Shown one piece after another: positions 25,883-39,390 of a stretch of 64,000 bases of DNA; position 1 is the stretch's first letter; each line of letters starts with the position of its first letter. This DNA comes from Antechinus flavipes (Eukaryota): positions 73,656,001 to 73,720,000 of the forward strand of contig NC_067400.1 in the NCBI RefSeq assembly GCF_016432865.1, read 5' to 3'. The notes beneath the pieces were generated by a model. That model did no database searches. It was not told where the DNA came from and was given only the letters and a program-made list of their open reading frames with translations. Made by a program: the position numbers and the translations under genes.

Positions 25883-26095
25883 GTTAGCCTAGGACCCACA
25901 GGCCACTAAAAAGTATTTTGATAATTATATTTCAACATAATTGGTTTCCTTAATAATCTTTTGTGTTTTATTTATTTTATGCATTTAAAAACCTTGTCCT
26001 AAGAAAGGGCCACAGGCTTCACCAGACTGCCAAAGTCTGTGACACCTTTTCCTACCCCAACACACACACAAACACACATAAATTAAGAACCCCTT
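25883..26095 (-). mobile_element. hAT-Charlie MITE, copy 4 (inverted)
   Basis: tttcaacataattggtttcc...ttatgcatttaaaa...ggcttcaccagactgccaaa...aattaagaacccct. Confidence 0.7.
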
Positions 26096-28867
26096 AAAAG
26101 ATGATTTCTAAATGTCTTACTATTCTATAATGCTATAAAAGAATTTGGGGAAAAATGTTTAAAACGAACAAAAAAAGTGAGTTATAATAAACAATGATTA
26201 ATAGCATCATTTTCACCCAAAGAGAAAAGTAATTTATCCATGGTATTGTATATATTCCTATGTCTCACATTACCCCCATGAAATAAGAAAGGGACATTTT
26301 ACATGTATTGAAAGAGAGCTTTAGCAGCTAAATGATCTAACGTCACATAATGACTATATACTGGTCCTGCCAAAGGCCCCTATTCAAGCCATTGATCAAT
26401 AGCTGCCTATAATGTGCTCCCCTGAGTGACCATGGTGTGCCCATGGCTTCTAACTGTTAATCAGCAAGTTAATTTGATATGTCAGAATAAACCAGCTGTA
26501 GATGTAAAGTTCTACATACATGGTAATTATTGTAATCATAGCAGCTTCTCCCCAAATCAAATTATGTCAAATATTTTTTCAAGTAATAAACTAACTTCTT
26601 CTAATCATAAATATGGCATTGAAAGGGTTACAAAATTCCTTCATAGTACTCCTTTGAGGAAATAATATAAGCATTCCTAGGATCTCAGGATCTAGCACTG
26701 AAAATCAGTTATCTAATTGAGTGCCTCATTTTATAGATAAAGAAACTGAAACTTGTATAGACAAAGTATTTTGCCTAAGGTCATGGAGTCAATAATGCTA
26801 GAGTTAAGATTGCAACCTGATCTTCTGAGTCCAGATGTAATTATCTTCCCATTATACTTTTACAATTGAAGAAACATCTTCCAAAGGCTAAGTGATTTAC
26901 ACAGTCATATGTCTAATAAATATTTCTTTATAGCAGAAAGATAATTTTTTGGCCTTTGTATTCCTAGCATTTAAGCTATATACATATAGAATACATGAAT
27001 ATATTCTATATAAATGGTGTCGAATTCAATTAGAAATAGGTTCCTGCTGGGGCATACTGACTTAAAAAAATACAAATGAACATTATCTATAGTTTGTTGT
27101 ATCTCAACACGAATGAACATTATCTGTGTTGTACTATATTTGTATTTCTTTCATTAAACATATCCCAATTATATTTTAAACAAGTTCACTCACAACTCAG
27201 GACTTCTGACTTGAAGCAGGCCCCCAGCTTGACAGCTCTGTGCTATCATCTCCAAGAATAATCATCATTTTCATTGTACTATGTTAGGGAATTGCTTGTT
27301 TTATTTATTTTTTGTTTGTTTATTGTGAAAATTAAAATAAAAAAATTTAGGTTTATCTTTTACATTTCTCATATCATCATCAATTTTAATATCATCATTT
27401 AATTTAACTTTACTTTTAAATTTTTTCCTTACATCACGTGGCTATCTTTTCCCAAAGGGTTTTAGTCAAATACAAGGCCCAGTATCTGTGATAAGTAATC
27501 ATAAGAAATGAAAAATCAATGAAAAATAAAAAAAGGCCAGAAGAGACCTTTAATTTAAAGGGAGAGCTCCTGCTAAGGGGATATTTACATTATTGCATCT
27601 GCTAGAGGTTTGAGGTCCCTAGAAAATATCCTCTGTTTACTGAGCTCAATTTAGCACTTGAATGCTCATGTGGAGCCTCAAATTCGTCTTCAATCTGTTT
27701 TTAAAATGATGGGTGCTGCTTGTGATTTCTAGTATTGACCCACAGACTTGGCCCACCATACTTCAAGCACAGATGTTCAAAGGGAAGGGATGTTTGAAAA
27801 GTTGTGCCCTTACCTTATAAAATGGAGGGTGCTCTTGGTATTACTTAAATGGAAGTATCAGAATGGAAGAAGCAAGAGCTGTACAATCTAGGGATTCAAT
27901 AGCATCCCAGATATAGATTTATGTTTGATGGCTATTGCTTGCTAATGTATAAAGGAGCTATAAACAGCTGTTCCTTTGTTAATTGAACCTGATCTCCTAT
28001 GGTCAGATGATTTTTCCTTCTTCTGCCTCCTGAAATCCCTAATTCTTTCCAAGGCTCAGTTTAAATTCCATTTTCTACCAAAAGCTTTTCCAACATCCCC
28101 CAGGTATGGGTGCTCCCTCCCAATCTGAAATTATTTGGTTTCTATCTTGTCTGCATTTGGTATTAAATAATCAGAATATGAGTTGGTTTCTTTATAGTAG
28201 AATGTAAAAATTTCTGTATACAGAAAACCTATCCCAAATACCTAATATATAGGCAGACTTAATAAAAGGGTTTTTTAATTGAATTTAAATTGCTTATATT
28301 TGCAGAAACTAAAAGATAAACAGGTTTGTACTTCTAATTCTTCTTGTTCTTAAAAAATTCTCCAGCAATAAAAAATAGAAATAGTCTACTTTTTACTCCT
28401 AATTTTGAGGACAATTCTTTTCTTTTAAAGCTCTCCTACAACATTATAAACACCAAGTGCAATATGGCTCATCAAGGACAGATATTAAAGTGGAATATTC
28501 AGAACAAACTGTCTAAATTGAGAGAAATGCAACATGCTCTTCAAAATACAAGCAATAATAAGAAATGGGACAAATTCCTCATCTGAATAGTTTCTAGTCT
28601 TCTTCACCAGGCTAAAGCTTATGGTCTTTTTTATACTTTTCACTTGAATAGAGATTGCTATACATAGCTTCACTTCAGATTTAGAGGAGGAAGAGATTAT
28701 AGGAATAATTTCATACAGTGTCCTTATTTTACAGAGCAGCAAAATGAATCTAGGTTCATGGATTCTAAAACCAAAGTTCTTTCCACTATTGCATATCATG
28801 CTTATTTCTTTTTGTATGATTAATAATAATAATAGCAGTATTTATATAACACTTAAAAATGTGATAT

Positions 28868-28899
<32 letters not shown>

Positions 28900-31800
28900 G
28901 TCTCAGTTGATCTCATGATGGTGCTGCTCTTATTCTCTCCCTTTACAGAATGAGGAAACTGAGGCAAACAGAAATTAGATTCTTTCCCAGGGTCATACAG
29001 CTAGACTCTGAGGGAAAATTTGACTCCGAGTTTAGCATAGTTCTGCCATAGCTGTTTATATCCCTTATTTAATAAACATAGTACCTTTTAAATAATTGAG
29101 TTTTAATTGAATTGAATTGAAATAGGCTCTGTGTACAGTTCCTCCAAATTTGCTTTAACCACAAACTTTACTGTAGTACGTTTGGTTTCCTGACTGACTA
29201 GAACCCAGATATGTGTGTGTCAATTAAGGAGTTCCCTTCCGGAGTTTGACTTGAATTTCCCAAATACAATTGAACCCTTTGGTATGAACCCTAGTATGTT
29301 GAATCAGGGTGAATACCCATTTTATGAACTTGCCTCAAGTTCAATGTGATAAGGGGGATAAGGGAGGGCATGATTAATGTAGCCATTTATCCAATTCTAT
29401 GTTCTACCAAGCTGAGTTATAACAAGGTTTTACTTCAATTTTAGAGGACAATGATTGATGAAAGCATTTTGCATAATTTTTTTTCATTTTACCTACAGTA
29501 GAGCATGAAAAACATTACTTGCCCATAACTCTGTGGCCAGATATTTTATTTTTTTTATTTTGCTAAACCAGATGACAATTTGCCCATGAGCCAACAGGAA
29601 AAAGAAATAATTAACAGTGATGATTTTTTAAATAAAAAGAAATTCTAAATAATTTTATGTGTACTTTATTCTATGGCCATTTTAAGAGATATCTATGAGA
29701 AAAGAATCAGTGCATGAAAGTGTGTACCTGTATAAAGTGGGCAGAATGTGTGAAGGGAATATTAGTGAATGTGGACCAGAGATAGGGAATCAATCACCAA
29801 GTATCTGTTAAGGGCTTACTAGGTGCAAGGCACTGTGTTAAGAGCTGGAATGTACTCAACCTAAGTAGACATGTAGAGCAAGGAAATAGGCAGAGCTTAT
29901 ACACATTTTACAGTCCTGCTACCAGTTCTGACTTACCTAAATTCTCTCAATTTTTTGCATGGCTGATGTAGGCTAGATGTTTTGTAGCAAGCACATAAAA
30001 TCCAGTGCATATGCATTCTACTAACAGTTCCTTATATCACTTGGCTGCAAATCAATAGAAACTCTTTAAAAGCTGAAGATATTCAATCTAAAATGGGGAG
30101 TGCAAGGGGAAAGAAAGCTATGTTCCTAAGAAAATTAGCTGGTGTTACAGTGCCTTAAAAATTTGGGCAACTACCAAGAAAGGTCAACTTCTCTAACATG
30201 CCCTCGGGCAACAATAAACAAGTTAAGAGGAAAAGAGGAAAGTCAATGGTGTGAAGTGGATAGAGATCTTTCTTCTTGAAGCTGCCTGAAGTTATAGTAA
30301 CAGCTAAGGCTACCAGAATAGATATTACTCAAGAAGTGTGACTAAAAAAAAAAAAAGAAGAAGAAGAAGTTATTTCTACGTTCATTTTGTGACATGTATG
30401 TAAACAGAGATCTGATGGGAACAAATAATGTCTAGCTGCATGCTGATATGTTATGCTAACACCTGCCTGCCTTGTCTAGTCATTCTATAGAGAACTGTGA
30501 TTTCATAGATCATCATGAGCATGATTCATGTTAACTGTCCTTCAATAAAAAGATTTTTTTAAAACATTTCTACTACTTCCCATATGTATGCAATATTCAT
30601 CAGTTACCCTGTCCCAGTCAACATATCCCAATATTTATTTCCCCATCCCAGATCCTGTTTGTGTCTTCTCACACAGTCCAAAGAAGTAAATAAAGATCAG
30701 GCTTTCACTTCTGAGTGTCTGTTTATCAACAATTAAGAAATGCAGAAAAAGAAATATGTACCTACTAAGAAGCAACTGACACTCTGATTACAGTACTCTT
30801 CTATAAAATGTGTATGATAATAGCACTAATACCTCTTAGAGTTGTTGCAATGATCTACCAAATAATATATGTGGAAAAACTTGGAAATTCTTAAAGCACC
30901 ATATAAATGACAGCTATTATTTTATTTTCTCTTTCTAACACAAGTACCAAGATACTGGTGGGCATGTACTCAAGACTTTTTGATTAAAAAAAAATACAAT
31001 AGACTAGAAATCACCTTGATTGTTAAGCTCAATGGTATTTGATTTGTATTAGCAAATATTTATTAAGTGCTTACTCTGTGCAAAGCACTGTGCTTAACTC
31101 AGAAGATATAACCATTAGGTGTTTTATTTGGGGTATATTTGCAACTTTCCTCTCTGAGCTTTAATAAACTCAGTAGCTAAGCCAATTATTGAAGATGCAA
31201 ATTTCATATTATTATACTCATCATTGTGAAGTACTATGAAATACACATATAAAAGATTTTAATGTACTATTTATGTATCCCATTATGAATATAGAAAACC
31301 ATCTGTTTTTGCAAGAATGATTGTCCCTGAAGATGGAGACTGAAAAATCTAAATAGCCAGCAAACAAATGCAACACAGTATGGAGGTCAGAGGGAATTTA
31401 TACAAGCTGTATAACAATGGATTTTCTTTTATTCCCCCAAGGACCTTGCTCATTATCTTTAGACATTTATTTCTGCTTAGGTAGAATTGCTAAAATCTCA
31501 ACCTATCTTTTGACAATAATACAAGCTACTCAATTAAAAAATGTGCAGTTTGCCCAAAAAGCAGAATTTGTATCAAATGCAGGTTTATTTCAAAGCAAAA
31601 TCTATTATCTCTCCTCCAGTTCCTTATCTGGGCCCATTCTGAATACCATAAGTTTCTAGCACCCTCATGTGGTTTAATTGCAGTAGTTTCTGAACATTCA
31701 AAATCAGTTGCGTGAAACTAGAAAGTGGTAGAATGGACTATAAGTCAACATGGTGCTTCTGTTGGCATCATAAACCAAGGAAGGAAATCTCAAGTCAGCA

Positions 31801-33189
31801 AAACTCAGAGACGAATTTATAGCCTTGATCCTCAATTTATTACTATCTATTGTTCATTTTATGTGATCACTAGAAAAAAAAAATAAGAGATTTATCTATA
31901 TAACTGCTTCTAAAAATATAGCTATTCTAAATCTAGGAGAATAAGAAGCACAAATCTGCACAGCAAGACATGGACTTTTTAAATAGCTACCCAGGTTAAA
32001 AAAGAAGAGAAGGGGAATAATATTTTGTTCAAAAAAGGAATATTTTCATTGCCACACTTGTACCTATCCTAACTGGGCAGATAAGGGTTCAAAAATTATG
32101 CTGTTTTCCAAATGGCTCAATAATTTGGGCTCTGCAATTTTTAAGGGCTTTGACAATTTCTTAAGTAGATTGTCTATATTACCTCAAATCAGCCAAGATC
32201 TACAAGAACAACTTATCCTGAGAGAATTATTTCTCTGCATAAACATGCCATAAGGCTTGTAGAATAGCTAATCTTTCACATCAGGTGAAACAGTAGTTCA
32301 GAACAACGTCTGAAGTAAGGTGAAGACACTAAGAAGAAATTTCGCCTGCAGCCAAAGATAACTGTTTAAAACCTGCATTTGAATTTTTGCCAGATGTACC
32401 CCAAAAAAAGTATGTCTATGCAAAAAGGAGATTTAAAACAAGCTTCATTATTAAAGTAACAATTGGCATTGTCTAGGTATTCCTGAAGGGGCAAGAGAAG
32501 GGTACTAATGGACATCCCTGAACTATAAATGGAATTTTAACAATAATTGGCCTTGAAGTATAGAAAAATGTTAATGAATTCTAAGAGTAAGTGGCAAAAT
32601 GTCTATTAATGGAAGCTGGAATGTGGCCCATTTACAAGCTGAAGCAAGCAGTCATGATTCTCCAAAATTATTAGCAGATACAAAAGGATGTATTTGTTCT
32701 ATAAGACATACTAAAGCATGACCTATCATTAAAAGAATATTGGGAGAAGGATTAGTGATGGATATGTCAATTTCTCCAAAGCAAGGAAATGATCTACTCA
32801 TTCATATACGAGTAAGACTTAAAGATGCATAAATTGTAACAAGGACATCTTAATATATATAAATAAAAAGATTAAAACTAGTTGAATTCTCTTTCACAGG
32901 GTATACATATATTATATATCACATATATATTTATATTTTTTCAATAAAACAAATGATGATGCTATGGAAGAGAATCACCATATATGTAAGAGTGAGGTTA
33001 AAAATTATTAATACATAATAAACCATTTCTTCCATGCTGAGAATAATTTAAAAGAGAAAAAAATTATCAATTATTTTGTGGCCACAGCTGCTATTCTGAG
33101 GACCCAGCACCACTTTGCTCAGGGCTGTTGGGTAAATGCCAAGACAAACTGGGAGGCATCTGTGGTAGCTGAGAACAATGCTTCCTTAC

Positions 33190-33308
33190 CTGTTTAGTCC
33201 TTTTAGCTTCCTTTCCATGTTTACAATGTCACGCATCTTAAACAAGAACCATTTGTCAATGGATGTAAGTTTGACGATCTCATCCAGGGGCATGTTGTCA
33301 TCTATGGC
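33190..33308 (-). CDS. CPS1: CPS1 exon 21 (119 nt; [39 protein letters not shown])
   Basis: Read manually; cag|GCC acceptor, AG|gtaagg donor; IDKWFL motif. Confidence 0.96.
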
Positions 33309-34737
33309 CTGCCAAAAATAAAAGAGTATACTTCAACAAACACTTCACAAAAGTCTAGCAATCATCCTTTGCCGTGTTATTTAGATAGCCTGGGGCTATG
33401 ACTTGAAATATGAGCCATGAAACTAGAATTACTGAAGTTCCTTCCAATAAGTCCAAAGATTTTGTCAATTGCATTTTCAAATAAGATACAGTGAATTGGT
33501 TAAGTAAATCCCAAAGGTGTATACTCTAGGCAAGTCCCTTGAAAATGAGTTCTATCTGTATAGTCTTATCCTCCTATACCCAGCTTGGAGGGTTTAAAAA
33601 AAGTCATCTTTTTAAAAAAGCCACTAGAATGCTACTCTCATCACTAGTTGGAAACTGTCTTCTAATTTATTCTTTGATGAGATTTTCCTATATTATTCCT
33701 TCAGAAAAGTGTATTGTTACTGGAGGGGAAAAAACTCTTATTCAAATCAATATGGCCTCTGCATCAGAAAAATCCTATGATAAACTAAATAATGAAAATT
33801 AATAAGACATTCTTAAAGAATTTCAAGATTGTATAATGTGCTTTCTCTTCAATTCTTATGAGAGGGAGTGCAAGTATCAGCATCTTCATTTTATCAATGA
33901 AGGAGCTGAGGCTATGTAACATGCTCAAGGTGACATAACTAATAGGCAGAACTGAAAGGATTTAAATCCATATCTCCTAACTTTATAGATCAGTTCAAAT
34001 GCCATTTCCAACATGACACCCCTTCCTGATTTCTCCCTACTACCATTGCTACTGCTTTCCTAATCACCTTTATTATCATTATTACATAATACATATACAT
34101 TTACTAAAGTATTTTATATATTTGCATGTGTACACGTCTGTTCTATATAACATAGGCTCTCTGAGGTTGATTCATTTTTTGTCTTTGTTCCCTAAGAAAG
34201 AACCTAGGATATTGTAGGTACTTAATAAATGGTTGTTGATTAATCAATTATGTGACATGAGCAAAATGAACGAAGAGGTGAGCTGAAGTTGAAAAACAAA
34301 CTTTTTATATCTTTTAAGCCTTCTTGATTAGATGCTGTCTTTAAACCTCTCTAAAGATGTTTAGTTTCCATTTTTATTATTTTAAAATAACTCTCTCCAT
34401 ATTCACTAGGGAAAAAACAACCCAATGTTATCTCCAATGCAATATATTATATTTAGATACAAAATTTTGTTAATCCCCCAAGGAAAATGAAATACACCTA
34501 CCATTATAAATTATGAATTTTCCTTTTCTATGCATCTATTTATTTTCTTTCAAGACATTTTTCAAGATCCAAATTTGTGATATATCAAATCATTCTCTAT
34601 AATTCTTCATTGATTTTTGACTGTCAAAAATGACTAGAACACATAAGTGGCACAGTGGATAGAGCACTGGCTCTGAATTCAAATCCAGCAAAGGATTCCA
34701 CTAAGCAATGGGAATACAAATTAAAAAGGGAAATATT

Positions 34738-34870
34738 GGGGCAGCTAGGTGGTGTGGTGAATAGAGCACCAGCCCTGAAGTCAGTAGGACCTGAATTCAA
34801 ATCTGACCTCAAACACAATACTTCCTAGCTGTATGACAAGTCACTTAACCCCAATTGCCTTGTTAAAAAA
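34738..34870 (+). mobile_element. WSINE1-like short tRNA-derived SINE with A-tail and 15-bp TSD
   Basis: ggggcagctaggtgg...gaattcaaatctgacctc...ttaaccccaattgcct(A)n; flanks aaaaagggaaatatt (34723-34737) and aaaaaggaaaatatt (34870-34884). Confidence 0.85.
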
Positions 34871-37293
34871 AAAAGGAAAATATTTCCTACCAATAAAAAG
34901 TTTATATTTTAATGGATACAATAAATATCCTCCTTATTCTAAAAGTTATAAGAGCTTTAGGTTATAGGAGGAGTTATAGGTTATAGGAGCTATAAGGCTC
35001 CTATAACTCCTATAGCAAATAACTGATACTACACCACAGTAGTTTGTGGGCCATTACAACAGAGGAAGACTAACTATTTGGTAAGTCCCAATCATTTTGG
35101 GGGATAGAAAGCAAAATACTAGCTAGTCCTTGTGGCTTCATTTTAAGGTATCACTACCTCCTGGCTCTGATGTGCCACTGGCATGGAAGTGATTATCACC
35201 ACCAAACAATTCTGAAACCACATTACTATTTTCAAAATCAGAAATAATGCCCTGTGTGCCCCTAAACCAGGAGAGAGAGCTGATCCAGTCATCTTGCAAT
35301 ATGACTGTAGTAGACAACCAGCCCGTAAGCAAGTCGCCCTTTACTGAAACTCTTGAAAGCTAGGGAAGATTTACACACTCCCTTTACTCATTTTTTTCCT
35401 TTCAGTTTTTCTCTTCCCTTCAGCTCTCTCCAGGCCTTAAATTCTTTGTCAAAATCAGCAAGTTCCAAGTAGCGGGTAGAAATAAACAGTAATGATGACC
35501 TCTAACAAACAGAACTAAGTTTCTTCCTGTGGTGTGTTGGCAGCCAATAATTTAAACCATAGTCATATTCCTTTCTTCAAAGAATGTCAGGTATTTTTGC
35601 AGGAGAAAGCCTCTACCCACTAAAAAAAATTCAATTGAAAAAGAATTCCCGATCTTTAAAAAGTTAGAAGGGGAGTTTTCATTTTTGACCTTTAGGTTCC
35701 TGCTTCATGAGGCACCTTGGCAACTCCCTATTTTTAGGGATCATTACCCATTCACTTAAGATAGACTAGGAGCTAGGTGCTGAGTCTAAGAAAAATCACC
35801 TTTCTTTTCCTTTGAGTGATATAATGAATGTATAAATATACTGGGTATTTCCTAAGACATGTTTTTGAGGGGATTGTTTTTAACAACATTCGGTGGGGAT
35901 TCCTTTCATATATGGGTTAGAGACTAGAGAGCTGTTTTGGTCCTTTATTACTCTCAAATTTTGTAATAATGTGAGAGGAGGGCAGAAGAAAGAGAAAATA
36001 AAGAAAAAATTAGGACTTTGAGTAACTTCTTATCCAAATGCCATTAATTATCTTAATTCTGTAAAACCTTGACCCAAGATCAGCATAGTAACAAGTGTAT
36101 TCATTTATTTAGCAAAAGATACTAACCCTTTTCAGTTTCTTTTAATTTAATTATTTTACATTTAAGACACTTAAAGGGTAATAGAGAGGGGAATATAACC
36201 TGTATGTAATTTTTAAAAACCTTCTTATTTTCCCCTCCCTTTGGGACTAATAACTGACACAAAACTGTTCCTGGGTTCAAAACCACTTACAATGCCTTTC
36301 ATTTCCTACAAAGGTAAATTACAAAGGCTGATTTTCCCTTTAAAGAAGAAATTCATATTCTCATCACTTCAGCACTATGCATACATGGGTACATGCAATG
36401 GTAAAGGGGGGCTTCAGAGCTCAAATGTGGCTTGATACTCTTCGAGGATTAATGTTCACTCTTTCTTAAATGTCAAAAAGTCATTCTGGGATTTCTGACC
36501 AAACAGATCCCAGCTGCCTGAATCACCTTTCACAGAATCAGATGAGCTGAATTTCCTAACTACAAGCACAGTAAACATGACAGAAGATTAATATGGAGCT
36601 TGATTTGCATGAAAAGGGACTACAGGGTGAAAAGGAGAAAGATTTAACTTTTTGTTTGTTTGCTTCAACAGAATCAAATTTTTTAAAAAATGCAGAATAA
36701 GCTCTTGGCTAGGCAGACTCTTAAAGAACAGAAAATTCTCCAATATAAAACTATCCAAGTAGGAAAAAACCTAATATATTGTAAGAAGGGGCCAAAAACT
36801 GGAGCCACATCAGAAACAAGGCAAAGCTTATTGGTACTGGATTTCTTTCTTTGTCTCATCTGCTACTTGTCAATGCTCTTAAAGAACTAGGATATAATAA
36901 AGAAGGTCAGTCAGAGGGCAGAACCTTGTAAGTCGTGCCTTTAAATTGATCCTATTTTCTAAAATGCAACACTGACTGTTTTCAATTTTAAGTAAAGGAT
37001 TGTCTGGGAAAAAATGAATAATCAATAAAGGCATCTTTCCAAAACCACATACCAGTATCTATATATGCATGTTAACAAATTGGGATCTACATGCTGCAAA
37101 GGACATTCCTTCTAAGCAATGGTAATGTCATTAAGGCTAAGTAAAGAAAAGTGAATTTTCCATTAACTGTAGAATTCTCTGGTCATTTCTTTATTTCTCT
37201 CAGATTCCTTGTTTTAAAGTTTCAAATACTGGTTTGGGAAACCAAAAAAAAGTGAAAAAATTAGTTTTCAATTCCCATCTGCTTCTTCCTTAC

Positions 37294-37470
37294 CTTAGCT
37301 ATGGCATAGATACGTGTGCTAGATGGTTCTGCAAGCTCTGTTCTAAGATCTAGATTAGATGGCCACTCTTTGTTCATTGGCAGACGGGAGGTAAAACCAT
37401 CAACTGAAGGATGACACATTCTCAGAGCCTTCTGGAAACTCTCTTCAAATGTACGACCAATAGCCATAAC
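37294..37470 (-). CDS. CPS1: CPS1 exon 20 (177 nt; [17 protein letters not shown]...RIYAIAK)
   Basis: cag|GTT acceptor, AAG|gtaagg donor; within ORF 37261..37554. Confidence 0.98.
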
Positions 37471-39259
37471 CTGTAACAAACACAAATTTAAGGATTTCAT
37501 GTTAACACAAAAACCTAATACATTTTTTAATCTTTGTTTTAATCTCACAAGCATTCATTAATACCCACTTTATTAGAGCCGATGAGCTAGTCACTAGGCA
37601 TAAAAGGATAAGAAAAAAGTCTGCCTTCAAAAAGCTTCCATTTTATTAGAAGGATACAACATTTATTATATTCTGTTTGCTAAAAGGGAACAAGGAATGG
37701 TACAGGAGTTTCAAAAGAAAGGAATTTTGAAATAGCTATTGTGAAGAAAGTCAGGCAGTGGGAAATATTTTAAAATTCTTCTACCGTGGTTAGATCCCAG
37801 TTGTGATTAGACAAAAATTGTGTAGTGAATTCAATTGGCAGTTATGTGATATTTTTTTGGCACAGTTTTCAGTATGGTAAGGATAACCTGATTGTGGGAT
37901 TTAGTAAGACCTGAATCACTATAGGGTCCTGTTTTGCACCTGATCAAGAAAAGGAGATCTCACTGAATAAATGAACCCTAAAACAATGTAATTTAAACAA
38001 AGAGTTCACTTTGGAGGGTTAGAAAGAAAAATTAGTATGAATAACACAGTTCCATTACATGACTATGGAGACACAGGATAGCTCCTAGCTACTGTGACTC
38101 TGTTAAGAAATCTACTTTGGAAAAAGTGTATAATTTGTGAAACATGAGGAAGAACAATCTTGCTTTTATTTTAAATGCATTTCTTATATTTTTTTCTTCC
38201 TGATTATGTCTTTGTGATACATATTTGCATTGGAACAAAATCTTTTATTGCTTAGAGATTCAGCCATGCTTGGTAAGGTCTATAGTCTATGGTAAGGTAG
38301 TGTCTGAAACCTATGAGTCTCTACAGAGTAAGATTACCATTGTCATTCTCAGTCCTTTTCTATAGGAATAACTGAAGAGAAATGTCCCATATGAGCAAAG
38401 AAACAAACCTGTTTCTACACAATGATCTGCTAGTATGTAAGACAGGATGACTTTATTTACGGGTTTTAATTCATATTAATGGAACCTTTAGAAGCAATCA
38501 TTACTGAAATATTCTAACACTGTGTTCAGAGACTATATTTCCCATGACAGAGTCAGTCTGGTTGCCACAGTCATGTTTACAATTAATTATGGATTGCTCA
38601 GATAGAACAACTGTGGGGGAGGGAGAGGAAAGATTCTGCCTTAAACTGCAGGAAAGCCTGTGATGATAGATTGACCTTGTGGAAATCTAATTGCTTTGAT
38701 CATATAGATTGTTCTTTAAATTTTTGTAATAAAATATCAAGCTGCTCAGTATTTGGTCTATGACTTAAAGAAAAAGTAATGGAAACACTGGCTCCATTAA
38801 AGTTCTATGCTTTCTTACACAGAACTAGCTTCCTGGGTTTGTATCTGAGCAATGTGTAAATTATTTAGAAAGGTTGGTGACTCTGACTATGGATAAGATG
38901 GTAAGGTTTACTAAGAAAAACAAAACGAAACAAAACAACATCTCAAAACAGAATGTTTTCTCAAGGATTCTTTATAGCCACTAGGAATCTTGGGGATTTA
39001 TCATGGTGGATAGTGTGCTAATCCAATATTTCTCTTGCTCCCACCTTTCTAAAAATAAACTAACAGAGCTAGATGAAGTCAGATGTAAAATATATTGAAT
39101 GCCCTCTCTAGTACCTCTCCTGAAGAAAATTGCATTATTTGTTGCTATTAAGCAAAATTAATATTTAAGCATAAAAGGAGGAGAGAAGAGAAGTAACTGG
39201 AAGCATAAGGAGTTATATTTCTGCTCAATCTAAGCTCACTCCTAATTATTAGAATTGCC

Positions 39260-39390
39260 TTAAATTGAAGGGATGGTCTAAGGAGAGAGTTAAATTCCCT
39301 TTCATTGCAAGATGTGAGGTGAAGGCTGGTTTCCAGAGATGTTTTTAAAGGGAATTTTAAGACTTGATATACATATTTGCAATCTGTGAA
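39260..39390 (+). mobile_element. L3/CR1 relic
   Basis: aaattccctttcattgcaagatgtgaggtgaaggctgg...agagatgtttttaaaggga. Confidence 0.4.

Noticed and set aside
35490-35600. Possible C/D snoRNA (ATGATGA box C)
   Set aside because: No suitably placed CTGA box D or terminal stem found
38945-38959. Palindrome AAAACAgaaTGTTTT resembling a GRE
   Set aside because: Lacks the essential G/C contact in both half-sites
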